Positions 9,815-19,271 of a DNA stretch of 64,000 nt are shown one piece after another (position 1 is the first letter of the stretch; each line of letters opens with the position of its first letter). A program made the translations under genes and the position numbers. The notes under the pieces are model-generated. The model searched no databases, was not told where the DNA came from, and saw only the letters and a list, made by a program, of their open reading frames with translations. The stretch is from Candidatus Rokuibacteriota bacterium (GTDB lineage Bacteria; Methylomirabilota; Methylomirabilia; Rokubacteriales; CSP1-6). The stretch lies in assembly GCA_003220495.1 (NCBI GenBank), contig QHSP01000019.1, positions 44,148 to 108,147 on the forward strand. Direction: 5' to 3'.

Positions 9815-10666
9815 TTATAGCACCGGGTTCGGCGGCCGTCGGTCGAGGAGCCCGCGCAGCCAGTGGTACATCGCATAGGCCTCGAGGGCGAACGGAGGGA
9901 AACCGAGATAACCGAGCACGGGCATTTCGAAAACCTTGATCCCGCCGAGATACGGGACCGCGTAGGTCCAGCGGGTCGCCGCCCAGTAGTTCCAGAGCTC
10001 CCACAGCACGCCACAGACCACACCGCTGGCCAGGAGTCCGAACAACCGCGACGCGTCTCCAGACGCCAGGTCGGCCAGCCACGACGGCCGGCCTCGCCGA
10101 TAGTTCAGGGGCTCGAGCATCAGGACCCAGCCGATCCAGACCAGCGGGACGAGCCAGGTCGAGACGACGACGAGCGGCACGACGACGCCGATCGCGCCGA
10201 TGGCGACGAGGAAGCGGAGGGCGGCCGGCGGCGGTCGCCAGGCCCGCACGCGAGCCCGACGGAAGATCGTCGCTCGCAGGGTGGCGGCCGTGAGGAACAT
10301 CGCCGGGAAGATCGTCGCGAAGGCCCAGTCGTAGCCGACTCGTCGCAGGAAGAGGTTCGGCTCGAGCCCGTGATAGCGCCACCAGAGGCCCTCGGCGTGG
10401 ACACCGCCTCGCCAGAAGCGCGGCGAGTTGTAGAGCTCGAAGAGCCACCAGCAGGCGATGGACGTGAGCGCCACCAGGAGGCCTTCGACGCGGTCCGTCG
10501 TGAGATACGAGCGGCCTGTGAAGCGCGCCGTCACGGCGTCGATGAAGAGGACGTAGCCGGTCCACACGATCGGCGTGAACCAGCGGGCCACCGTCGGCTC
10601 ACCCGAGAAGAGCAGCACCTCGGCGGCGCCGATGACGCCGAGCCCAGCCCATCCGTGGGCGCTCAA
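9815..10666 (-). CDS. Trp-rich integral membrane protein, function unknown
   Basis: Multiple hydrophobic helices and very high Trp content. Probable TTG start at 10664-10666 overlapping the upstream stop (TTGA); the longer ORF-track N-terminus would overlap the upstream gene by 120 nt. Confidence 0.45.
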   Translation of the reverse strand: MSAHGWAGLGVIGAAEVLLFSGEPTVARWFTPIVWTGYVLFIDAVTARFTGRSYLTTDRVEGLLVALTSIACWWLFELYNSPRFWRGGVHAEGLWWRYHGLEPNLFLRRVGYDWAFATIFPAMFLTAATLRATIFRRARVRAWRPPPAALRFLVAIGAIGVVVPLVVVSTWLVPLVWIGWVLMLEPLNYRRGRPSWLADLASGDASRLFGLLASGVVCGVLWELWNYWAATRWTYAVPYLGGIKVFEMPVLGYLGFPPFALEAYAMYHWLRGLLDRRPPNPVL

Positions 10667-11226
10667 CGCATCGACGCGAGGTCGATCGTGAAGCGGCTGA
10701 CGTCTCGGCCATCCGGGGCGCGAACGACCAGAATCACGCGAGACTTCGGCGCGATCTCCTTGACCGGAAACCCATAGACGCAACGCGCGAGGTAGCTGCC
10801 GTCCTCCGTTCGAACCGCGGTGCGTTCGTTCTGCACGAAGCTCGGCTCGATCTCGCGGTCGCCCAGGAGGATCCGCGGGACGAAGAATCGCGCAAAGTCC
10901 TCACGGGGCCCGCGGAGGTTCGCCCAAATCACCAGCCGGTCCTGCTGCTCGCGCAGGAGCTTCTCGGGCTCGCGGTCCTTCATGCGCTCGTTCTTGAACG
11001 CCGCGTTGCGGGCCGCCAGGACGAGCCGGTGGAAGGGCGTGATCACCGTGAGGCTGTCCCCCGTCGGGTTCGCCACGCGCCACTCCGTATCGAAGGAGTC
11101 GCGGGTGATCGACTGGGCGCCCACGCGCAGCGCGTCGCTCCGCTGCTGGGGCTCCAGGCTGAACGACACGGCGCCGGCCGCCGACGGTCCGGCCAGGAGC
11201 AGAACCAGCACCGCGCGCGCGATCAC
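10663..11226 (-). CDS. secreted hypothetical protein
   Basis: 187 aa with signal peptide MIARAVLVLLLAGPSAAGA. ATG overlaps the upstream M16 peptidase stop (ATGA). No recognisable domain. Confidence 0.5.
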   Translation of the reverse strand: MIARAVLVLLLAGPSAAGAVSFSLEPQQRSDALRVGAQSITRDSFDTEWRVANPTGDSLTVITPFHRLVLAARNAAFKNERMKDREPEKLLREQQDRLVIWANLRGPREDFARFFVPRILLGDREIEPSFVQNERTAVRTEDGSYLARCVYGFPVKEIAPKSRVILVVRAPDGRDVSRFTIDLASMR

Positions 11227-12578
11227 TTGGTCTCGCCGACGATGACGAGGCTGAAGGCGCCCGGCGGGAAGTACTTCACGGCCACCCGCTGGATGTCGGC
11301 GGCGGTGACCTTGCCGATCCGCTCCTTGTAGCGATCGGCATAGTCGAGGCCGAGTCCTCGGTCCTCGACGGCCACCAGGAAGTCGGCGACCTTGCCCGAC
11401 GTGTCGAGGCGGAGCGGAAAGCTCCCGATGAGGTACTGCTTGGCGAGCGCGAGCTCGCGATCGGCGACAGGCTCACGACCCATCCGTGCGAGCTCCTCGC
11501 GGATCATGGCGACAACCTTCGGCGCCTCGGCCGTCCGCGTCTGAGCGGAGACGGCGAAGGACGCGCCGTGGCGCCACGGCGCGACCCAGCTGAACACCGC
11601 ATACGCGAGGCCGGATTCCTCCCGGACTCGCGTGTACAGGCGGGAGGCCGAGCCTCCCCCGAGCACGTAGGACGCGACGGCCATCGGGAAGTAGTCGGGG
11701 TCCGTCTGCACGATCGCCTGACGACCGAACATGATCGTGGTCTGCGTCAGCTCGCGCTTGACCGTCTCCTCGCGCGCCGTCGCCGGCGAGGTCGCCGCCG
11801 CGACGGTCGCGGGCGGATCGGCGGGGCGCGCCCACGATCCGAACCGCGCCATGATCTCGCGGCGCGCCTCGTCGACCGTGATCGCGCCCACCACGGCGAT
11901 GATCGTGGTGTCGGGCCGCGCGCGCTCCCGGTAGAACTTGACGACGTCGTCGCGGGTGAGGCGCGCCACCGACTCGCGCGTCCCCTCGACCGGCCGGCCG
12001 TAGGGATGGCCGTCGAAGACGAGCCGTCCGAGGGCGCGAGCCGCGACGGTGCCCGGATCCTCCTCGGAGCGCTTGATGGCGGCCTGGATCTCCGACACCT
12101 TCCGGGCCACCTCGGCTTCAGGGAAGGTCGGCGTCAGGACGACCTCGGACACGAGGTCGAGCCCCAGCGCCAGATCCTTCTTCTGAGCCGTCATCGAGAC
12201 CGTGATCGTATCGCGACCGGTTCCGGCTTCGACGCTGCCCCCCACGAACTCGATGGCCGAATCGAGCTCGGGCCCGGTACGCTTCGCGGTCCCCCGCGTG
12301 AGCACCGCTCCCGTCAGGTTGGCCAACCCCGCGCGATCAGCCGGATCGTACACGGCCCCCGCCCGCGTCAGGACACGTACGGCCACGATCGGCACCGCCG
12401 GCCGCTCGGCCACCAGCACGACGATCCCGTTCGCCAGGACCTCCCGATGGGCGAGCGGCGCGGCCCCGGCGGGCCCGCGCGCCACGACGCTCGCCAGGGC
12501 CACGGCGCACGCCAGGGCCAGCGCGCTGCGCGCGCGGCCGCGTCGCGCGGCTCGGAGCTCGACCCGGGTGCGCATCAC
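11223..12578 (-). CDS. M16 family peptidase, non-catalytic subunit-like
   Basis: Pitrilysin-family fold with signal peptide but no HxxEH motif. Overlaps the stop of the upstream catalytic M16 gene; 451 aa. Confidence 0.8.
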   Translation of the reverse strand: MMRTRVELRAARRGRARSALALACAVALASVVARGPAGAAPLAHREVLANGIVVLVAERPAVPIVAVRVLTRAGAVYDPADRAGLANLTGAVLTRGTAKRTGPELDSAIEFVGGSVEAGTGRDTITVSMTAQKKDLALGLDLVSEVVLTPTFPEAEVARKVSEIQAAIKRSEEDPGTVAARALGRLVFDGHPYGRPVEGTRESVARLTRDDVVKFYRERARPDTTIIAVVGAITVDEARREIMARFGSWARPADPPATVAAATSPATAREETVKRELTQTTIMFGRQAIVQTDPDYFPMAVASYVLGGGSASRLYTRVREESGLAYAVFSWVAPWRHGASFAVSAQTRTAEAPKVVAMIREELARMGREPVADRELALAKQYLIGSFPLRLDTSGKVADFLVAVEDRGLGLDYADRYKERIGKVTAADIQRVAVKYFPPGAFSLVIVGETK

Positions 12579-13882
12579 GATTTCGGCACGAGCACGCCCA
12601 CGCTCTTCCTCTCCGGCACGAACCAGGTGCGCGCCACTCTCGTGAGGTCGGCGGCGGTGACCGCGCGAATCTTCGCCAGGAACGAGTCCTTGAGCGCGAA
12701 GCCGCCGATCAGCTCGAAGCGAGCCAGCAGCGAGGCACGCTGGTGGATCGAATCGTCCTGATAGACGAAGGCAGCCTCGAGCTGATTCTTCGCGCGCGCC
12801 AGCTCCTCGTCGGTGACGGGCTCGGTCTTGAGTCGCTCCATGTGGGCGCTGAGCTCGGTCTCGAGCTTCTCGGGTGTCTGGCCCGGCATCGGTGTCGCCC
12901 AGAACCAGAAGAGGTTGGGATCGATCGAAAAGTAGGAGTTGTCACCGCCGGCCTCGAGCGCCAGCTGACGCTGATAGACGAGATCGCGATAGAGCCGCGA
13001 CGCGCGCCCGCCCGCGAGAATGGTCGAGAGCACCTCGAGCGCGGCCGCGTCGTCGGACCGGTGGTTCGGCACGTGCCAGGCCATGTACACGATCGGAAGC
13101 TCGGCTTGCTTCTTGACGACCACGCGCCGCTCGCCGTTCTGCGCCGGCTCGACCGCGAGCATCGGCGGCGTCGCCTTGCCGCGCGGGATCCGTCCGAAGC
13201 GCTTCTTGATCTTCTCGAGCGCGTCGGCGGCCCGGAACGCCCCGACCGCCACGACGATCGCGTTGTTCGGGACGTAGTACGTCTTGTAGAAAGCGCGAAT
13301 CTCGTCCGGCGTGACGCGCTTGATGTCGTCCATCCAGCCGATGATGGGCGCCCCGTACGGGTGCGCCTTGAACGCGATGGAGCTGACCTCCTCGCCGAGG
13401 AAGCCGCCCGGGTCGTCCTCGGTGCGCGTGCGCCGCTCCTCGATGACGACCTCCCGCTCCGAGGTGATCTCCTTGGGATCGAGGAGCAGGTTCTGCATGC
13501 GATCCGCCTCGAGATCGATCAACAGATCGAGCTTGTCAGCCGCGATGTCCACGTAATACGAGGTGACGTCCTGCGACGTGAACGCGTTGTCCTGGCCGCC
13601 ATTCTCTTCGACCAGACGCGCGAACTGCTTGGGGCCATGGCTCGGCGTGCCCTTGAACATCAGGTGCTCGAGGAAATGGGCGATGCCGGTCGAGCCGCGA
13701 TGCTCGTTACGCGAGCCGACGCGGTACCACACCTGGAAGGACACGATGGGGCTGCGCGGGTCCTCGAGCAAGAGGACGCGCAGGCCGTTGTCGAGCGTCG
13801 CGGCGACGACGCGATCGGCGGCGCGCGCCGACGACGGAACGAGGAGCGAGACGAGCAGCAGAAGGACAATCGCGATGCGCAC
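12575..13882 (-). CDS. M16 family zinc peptidase, catalytic subunit
   Basis: Signal peptide plus inverted zinc motif HFLEHLMFKG (HxxEH); 435 aa. Confidence 0.85.
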   Translation of the reverse strand: MRIAIVLLLLVSLLVPSSARAADRVVAATLDNGLRVLLLEDPRSPIVSFQVWYRVGSRNEHRGSTGIAHFLEHLMFKGTPSHGPKQFARLVEENGGQDNAFTSQDVTSYYVDIAADKLDLLIDLEADRMQNLLLDPKEITSEREVVIEERRTRTEDDPGGFLGEEVSSIAFKAHPYGAPIIGWMDDIKRVTPDEIRAFYKTYYVPNNAIVVAVGAFRAADALEKIKKRFGRIPRGKATPPMLAVEPAQNGERRVVVKKQAELPIVYMAWHVPNHRSDDAAALEVLSTILAGGRASRLYRDLVYQRQLALEAGGDNSYFSIDPNLFWFWATPMPGQTPEKLETELSAHMERLKTEPVTDEELARAKNQLEAAFVYQDDSIHQRASLLARFELIGGFALKDSFLAKIRAVTAADLTRVARTWFVPERKSVGVLVPKS

Positions 13883-13933
13883 CGCCCGATTATACCGCCC
13901 ACCGCGTGTACGGCCGGTGTATCATCCTGCCTG

Positions 13934-14977
13934 ATGCGCGCGCTCGTGTTCTTCCTGCTGATCGCGATCCCGCACACGGCGTTCGCGCAGCAGCCGTGCT
14001 CCGAACCGCTGACCTCGCTGTTCGAACGGGTCTCCCCGAGCGTCGTGTCGATCCAGGTCACCAAGATCAACAAGGCCAAGCCCCAGCGGAGATTCGAGAC
14101 CGTGGTCGGCTCGGGCCTGCTCATCGAGCGCGACGGTCAGGTGCTGACCAACGCCCACGTCGTCGACGGCGCTGCCTCGCTCTCGGTCACGCTCGACTCG
14201 GGCGCGCGCACGCCGGCGCGGGTGCTCGGCATGGACACGGTGACCGATCTGGCGCTCTTGCGGATCGAGACGCCGTCACCCCTGCCCGTGGCGCGGCTGG
14301 GTGACTCCTCGGCGCTGCGGGTCGGCGACGAGGTCGTCGCGATCGGCAATCCGATGGGCCTCGAGCAGACGATGACCCGGGGCATCGTGAGCGGCCTCAA
14401 CCGGATCCTGCCCGGCCTGGCCGAGCAGCCGATGATCCAGACCGACGCGCCGATCAACCCCGGCAATTCGGGCGGCCCACTCGTCGATCGCTGTGGCGCC
14501 GTGGTGGGCATCAACACGTTCATCTCGGAGGAAGCGAACTCGATCGGCTTCGCGTTGCCGATCAACGCCGGCAAGGCGATCCTGCGCGACCTTCGCGAGA
14601 CGGGCCGCGTCATCCGCCCGTGGCTCGGCCTTCAGGGCCGCGAGATCGACTCCCAGGTCTCGTCGATCCTCCGCCTATCGTTGTCGCCGGGCTACCTCGT
14701 CGAAGTCGTGTACGAAGGAAGCCCGGCCGAGAAGGCCGGCGTGCGCGGTGGCAGCCTCTCGGTGGTCGTGCAGGGCGAGGAGTACCTGCTCGGCGGCGAC
14801 ATCCTGACCTCGATCGAGAACACGTCGGTCCGGACGCACCAGGACTATCTGGCGAAGGTGAAGACGCTCAAGCCCGGCCAGCGGACGCGCATCACGATTC
14901 TGCGCGACGGTCAGCGGCGCGAGATCTCGCTCACGGTTGGCGAGCGCCCCCGCCTCCCGGCCGACCTGGTCGACTAG
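13934..14977 (+). CDS. DegP/HtrA-type trypsin-like serine protease with PDZ domain
   Basis: Signal peptide MRALVFFLLIAIPHTAFA; catalytic triad context TNAHVV, DLALL and GNSGGPL; C-terminal PDZ. The upstream part of the 744-aa ORF is antisense to the M16 gene and is not coding. Confidence 0.85.
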   Translation: MRALVFFLLIAIPHTAFAQQPCSEPLTSLFERVSPSVVSIQVTKINKAKPQRRFETVVGSGLLIERDGQVLTNAHVVDGAASLSVTLDSGARTPARVLGMDTVTDLALLRIETPSPLPVARLGDSSALRVGDEVVAIGNPMGLEQTMTRGIVSGLNRILPGLAEQPMIQTDAPINPGNSGGPLVDRCGAVVGINTFISEEANSIGFALPINAGKAILRDLRETGRVIRPWLGLQGREIDSQVSSILRLSLSPGYLVEVVYEGSPAEKAGVRGGSLSVVVQGEEYLLGGDILTSIENTSVRTHQDYLAKVKTLKPGQRTRITILRDGQRREISLTVGERPRLPADLVD

Positions 14978-15714
14978 GAACTTTCCTCGGTCAGAAGGCG
15001 GCGCGCGGTCTCGAAGATCCCCCGGAGCATCGGCCGCGTCAGCTTTCCGGTGAACGTGTTCTGCTGGCTCGGATGGTAGGTGGCGATCAAGGTCATCCCG
15101 TCGTCGAAGCGGGTCACCGCGCCGTGACCGAATTTTGGTGCCGGCCGCACCCGGGGAGCGCCGAGCGCGAGTCGACCCCTCAGGTACGCCTGCCAGCCGA
15201 TGCGCCCGAGCCCGACCACGACCCGCACGCGGGTCAACAGCCGGAGCTCGGCCAACAGATACGGCTCGCAACGGCCGATCTCGCCGAGCGTCGGCTTGTT
15301 GAAGGGCGGCGCGCATCGGACCGCGGCGGTGACATACGCGTCGAGAAGACTCAGACCGTCGCCTCGGTGCTCCGACGTCGGGCGGTCGGCGAAGCCTGCG
15401 TGGTGGAGCGCGTCGAAGAGCCAGTCGCCGCTGCGGTCTCCGGTGAACATCCGTCCCGTGCGGTTGCCGCCGTGGGCCGCCGGCGCCAGCCCCACCAGCA
15501 ACAGCCGGGCGCGCGGGTCACCGAAGCCCGGCAGCGGACGCGCCCAGTAACGCTGGCCGAGATATCGCCGCGGCGGAGCCGCCGCGACCGCCTCGCGATG
15601 CTTCACGAGCCGAGGACACCGGCGGCACACGACGATGCGAGCATTCAGCTGTGGGATCGAGCGAGGATTTTGCAATCCGACGAGATTGTGACACGGTGAA
15701 GGCAATGTCGTCAT
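14974..15714 (-). CDS. uracil-DNA glycosylase, family 5 (UdgB-type, Fe-S)
   Basis: CRRCPRLV...YWARPLPGFGDP...LVGLAPAAHGGNRTGRMFTGDRSGDWL...AAVRCAPP...YHPSQQN matches thermophilic UdgB closely. Start uncertain; it overlaps the divergent asparaginase start. Confidence 0.8.
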   Translation of the reverse strand: MTTLPSPCHNLVGLQNPRSIPQLNARIVVCRRCPRLVKHREAVAAAPPRRYLGQRYWARPLPGFGDPRARLLLVGLAPAAHGGNRTGRMFTGDRSGDWLFDALHHAGFADRPTSEHRGDGLSLLDAYVTAAVRCAPPFNKPTLGEIGRCEPYLLAELRLLTRVRVVVGLGRIGWQAYLRGRLALGAPRVRPAPKFGHGAVTRFDDGMTLIATYHPSQQNTFTGKLTRPMLRGIFETARRLLTEESS

Positions 15715-16616
15715 CCGCCGAGCGCGCCCCCGCGATCCGGGTTCCCGCGATCGTCGTCCACGGGGGCGCCGGCGCGGATCCGTCCCAGGCGCCGGAGTTC
15801 CGCCAGGGCGTGCGCGCGGCCGTGCTGGCCGGCTGGCGGGTGCTCGCGGCCGGCGGCGGGGCCCTCGACGCGGTCGAGGGCGCCGTGCGCGCGCTCGAGG
15901 ACGATCCGCGCTTCAACGCGGGCCGCGGCTCCGTCCTCACGCGCGACGGCACGATCGAGACGGACGCCTCGATCATGGAGGGCGACCGTCTGCAGTGCGG
16001 CGCCGTCGCGGCTCTCCCCGGCATCGTCGCGAACCCGGTCGCCGTTGCGCGGAAGGTCCTCGAGTCGCGACAGCACGTCCTGCTGGTGGCGCACGGCGCC
16101 CTCGCGTTCGCCCGCTCCGTCGGGATCCCGGAGTGCGACCCAGCATCGCTCGTCACCGACCGCCAGCGAAAGCGCCACGCCGAGCTCGCGCGAACGCCCA
16201 CCTCGCCCGGTGGCGGCACGGTGGGCGCGGTCGCCCTCGATCGCAGCGGGACGATCGCCGCCGCGACGTCGACCGGCGGCACTCCCGGCAAGCTCCCGGG
16301 GCGCGTCGGCGACAGCGCGCTGATCGGCTGCGGCACCTACGCCGACAGCTCGCTCGGCGGCGTGTCGTGCACCGGCGACGGCGAGGCGATCATCCGGGTC
16401 GTCCTCGGCCACCGCGCCCTCCGGTATCTCAAGGACGCCGACGACCCGGACTACGCGGCGAAAGTCGCCGTCGACCTGCTCGTCGAGGAGGGCGTCGGCC
16501 AGGGCGGGCTCATCCTGATCGACTGGCGCGGCCGGCCGGGATACGCGACCTCCACGCGGCTGATGCCCGTCGCGATCATGTCCCCGGCCCTCGACGAGCC
16601 GCGGGTGCCCTTCTGA
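15705..16616 (+). CDS. isoaspartyl peptidase / L-asparaginase (Ntn-hydrolase)
   Basis: HGGAG...DPRFNAGRGS...GTVGAVALD (Thr nucleophile)...GCGTYAD. ATG at 15705 preceded by GAAGG. Confidence 0.85.
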   Translation: MSSSAERAPAIRVPAIVVHGGAGADPSQAPEFRQGVRAAVLAGWRVLAAGGGALDAVEGAVRALEDDPRFNAGRGSVLTRDGTIETDASIMEGDRLQCGAVAALPGIVANPVAVARKVLESRQHVLLVAHGALAFARSVGIPECDPASLVTDRQRKRHAELARTPTSPGGGTVGAVALDRSGTIAAATSTGGTPGKLPGRVGDSALIGCGTYADSSLGGVSCTGDGEAIIRVVLGHRALRYLKDADDPDYAAKVAVDLLVEEGVGQGGLILIDWRGRPGYATSTRLMPVAIMSPALDEPRVPF

Positions 16617-16621
16617 GACCG

Positions 16622-17833
16622 ATGCTCGAAGCGGCGGACATCGCGGCCGCACGCAAACGGCTCGAGGGCGCGATCTATCAGACGCCCTGCCCCTACTCCC
16701 AGACGCTCTCGGAGCTGAGCGGCGCTCGCTGCTTCGTCAAGCTCGAGAACCTCCAGATGACCGGCTCGTTCAAGGAGCGTGGCGCTGCCAACCTGCTGCT
16801 CCAGCTCGACCCCGCCGAGGTGTCGCGCGGCGTCGCCGCGGCGAGCGCCGGCAACCACGGCCTCGCCGTCGCCTTCCACGCCGCGCGCCTGGGAATCCGC
16901 GCCGTGATCGTCATGCCCGAGTGGGCGCCGCTGATCAAGGTGACGTCGTCGCGGCGGCACGGCGCCGAGGTGATCCTCTCCGGCGCCAACTACGACGAGG
17001 CGTACGGTCGAGCCCGTCAGGTCGCGACCGAGCGAGGCCTCGCCTTCGTCCACCCCTTCGACGACGACCGGGTCGTCGCCGGCCAGGGCACCCTCGGGCT
17101 CGAGCTCCTCGAGCAATGCGCCGACATGGACGCGGTCGTGGTCCCGGTCGGCGGCGGCGGCCTCGTCGGCGGCGTGGCGCTCGCGATCAAGGCCGCGCGC
17201 CCCGAGGTGCGCGTGATCGGCGTCCAGGCCGAGGCGCTCGACGCCATGCGGCAGGCGCTCGCGACGGGCACGCGGACGACCTTGCCGCCCGCGTCGACGA
17301 TCGCCGACGGCATCGCGGTCCGCCAGGTCGGCGAGATCACCCTGGCGCTGGCCCGGCACTACGTCGACGACGTGGTCACGGTGACGGAAGAGGAGCTGTC
17401 GAACGCGATCCTGCTCCTGCTCGAGATCGAGAAGACCGTCGTCGAGGGCGCCGGAGCTGCCCCGCTCGCCGCCCTCCTGAACCGGCCGCTCGGGCTCGCG
17501 GGTCGCAACGTCGTGCTCGTGCTCTCGGGCGGGAACATCGACGTCACGATGATCTCGCGAATCATCGACCGGGGTCTGGTGAAGGATTCGCGCCTCGTCC
17601 GGCTGAGCGTCATCCTGCGCGATCAGCCGGGAGCGCTCGCGCGGCTGGCGGCGCTCGTCGGTGACGCGCGTGCGAACATCCTGCACATCGAGCACGAACG
17701 CGCGTTTTCCCGGGCCGCGATCGGCGAGAGCCGGGTCGAGCTGACGCTCGAGACCTCAGGGCGCGAGCAGATCGACATCGTGAAGCAGCGCCTGATCGAG
17801 TCGGGATATCGCGTCGAAGAACGCCGCGCCTGA
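16622..17833 (+). CDS. ilvA: threonine dehydratase (threonine ammonia-lyase)
   Basis: PLP-fold motifs FKERGA and SAGNHG, the Gly-rich loop GGGGL, and a C-terminal ACT-like regulatory domain; 403 aa. Confidence 0.85.
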   Translation: MLEAADIAAARKRLEGAIYQTPCPYSQTLSELSGARCFVKLENLQMTGSFKERGAANLLLQLDPAEVSRGVAAASAGNHGLAVAFHAARLGIRAVIVMPEWAPLIKVTSSRRHGAEVILSGANYDEAYGRARQVATERGLAFVHPFDDDRVVAGQGTLGLELLEQCADMDAVVVPVGGGGLVGGVALAIKAARPEVRVIGVQAEALDAMRQALATGTRTTLPPASTIADGIAVRQVGEITLALARHYVDDVVTVTEEELSNAILLLLEIEKTVVEGAGAAPLAALLNRPLGLAGRNVVLVLSGGNIDVTMISRIIDRGLVKDSRLVRLSVILRDQPGALARLAALVGDARANILHIEHERAFSRAAIGESRVELTLETSGREQIDIVKQRLIESGYRVEERRA

Positions 17834-17835
17834 CG

Positions 17836-18465
17836 TCAGGCGCCCGGCGTCGTCGCGGTCTTGCCGAGCGAGTCCGCGATGATCGCCCGCGCGCGCTGGG
17901 CGAGGGCGCTGGCGGCCTGTCGCGGCTCGAGCGCGGAATCGGGCTCGAGCGGCGGATGATAGGTGATCGAGATCCGCCCACGCCGCGGCAAGACTTGCCC
18001 GGGCGGCCACGCCTCGTGCCCGCCGGCGATCGTGACCGGCAGAACGGGCACGCGCAAGGTCGCGGCCAGCCGAAACGCGCCGAGCTTGAAGCGCTCGACC
18101 CTGCCCGTCACGGTGCGCTCGCCTTCGGGAAAGATCATCAGGACGTGGCCGGCGGTGAGGAGCCGAACGGCCTCGCGCATGGACGACGGATCGGCCGAAT
18201 CGACCCGCACGGGAAACGCCCGGAGTCTCCGGATCATCCAGCTGAAGACCGGAATCTCGAACAGCTGGCTCCACGCCATGTAGTAGACGCGTCGTCGAAC
18301 CGGAATCGTGACCAGCGCCGGGTCGGCGTACGTCTGGTGGTTCGGGGTCACGATCAGGGGTCCGCTGGTGGGAATGTTCTCCACGCCCGACAGCTCGAGA
18401 CCGAAGTAGACGCGGCAGAGGCGGTGGAATCCGGGGCGCACGAGGTCGAGGAGCGGCGTCCGCAC
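17836..18465 (-). CDS. plsC: 1-acyl-sn-glycerol-3-phosphate acyltransferase
   Basis: NHQTYADP (HX4D) and FPEGER motifs; GTG start. Confidence 0.8.
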   Translation of the reverse strand: MRTPLLDLVRPGFHRLCRVYFGLELSGVENIPTSGPLIVTPNHQTYADPALVTIPVRRRVYYMAWSQLFEIPVFSWMIRRLRAFPVRVDSADPSSMREAVRLLTAGHVLMIFPEGERTVTGRVERFKLGAFRLAATLRVPVLPVTIAGGHEAWPPGQVLPRRGRISITYHPPLEPDSALEPRQAASALAQRARAIIADSLGKTATTPGA

Positions 18466-18478
18466 GGGTTCTTAGACT

Positions 18479-18514
18479 ACACAAAAAAGCGGGGCCGGAT
18501 TGCTCCGGCCCCGC
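18479..18514 (-). terminator. rho-independent terminator downstream of the dksA-like gene
   Basis: Perfect 10-bp stem GCGGGGCCGG / CCGGCCCCGC with a 6-nt loop, followed on the minus strand by TTTTTTGT; lies 18 nt after the stop at 18533. Confidence 0.65.
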
Positions 18515-18532
18515 CGGGGTGGTCGACGTCAG

Positions 18533-18937
18533 CTAGTCGTCGTCGGCCGTCTCGAGCTCGTCCTCGTTCGGTACGAACTGGCGCCCGAGGCGCTCGAGCC
18601 GGTCCTGGCACCGAACGCACGTCGTGACTTCAGGCAGCGCCTGAAGCCTCGCGGGCGAGATGGGTTCTTCGCATTCGACACAGGTCCCGTAGTCTCCGCT
18701 CTTCAGGCGCTCGAGTGCCGCGGTCAGCCGGTTGACCCGGCCCACCAGGAGCTCGCGCGTGGCGAATCCGATCTCGCGCCGCTCGTTCTCCTGGATCTCG
18801 TCGACCTCGTCGGCGTACGGTGAGTTGTCGCCGATCGCGCCCGCTAACTCCTCGACCGCAACCGCCCCGCCGATCATGCGGAGCCGACCCACGGCCGTTC
18901 TAAGGTCCTCTTCCAAGCGCTCCCGAATCGTTTCCAT
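18533..18937 (-). CDS. DksA/TraR family C4-type zinc-finger transcriptional regulator
   Basis: Coiled-coil N-terminus and CxxC-x17-CxxC (CVECEEP...CVRCQ); 134 aa. Confidence 0.8.
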   Translation of the reverse strand: METIRERLEEDLRTAVGRLRMIGGAVAVEELAGAIGDNSPYADEVDEIQENERREIGFATRELLVGRVNRLTAALERLKSGDYGTCVECEEPISPARLQALPEVTTCVRCQDRLERLGRQFVPNEDELETADDD

Positions 18938-19271
18938 GGTGTGGGCCTCCCTGGCACCCTGACCCGTCTAACTGGGCCAGACACGGGTGCAACCCCTATG
19001 CCTGAGATGAGACGGGAGCGCCTAGGGATTGATTCACCAATGATCATGGGGCCTTGAGCTCAAGGACGACTCGGCACCCCGGGCGCATTGCCCCTTTGCC
19101 CTGTCATTTTTGTCGGCAAGATGGGCACATTTTGCCCACCACATCGGGCGTACGGTCCGACTTCCGGAAATTACCGCCGGTAAAAGCAAATCGGGCCCCG
19201 CCCCGGCCGACTGCGACCCCGGGCGAGGCCCGCTATGTAAGACCCGAGAAGTGAGATCTTCGCTTCGCCGC

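Noticed and set aside
12743-13933. Upstream about 400 aa of the 744-aa + strand ORF
   Set aside because: It is antisense to the well-supported M16 peptidase gene; only the part from ATG 13934 (HtrA with signal peptide) is coding.
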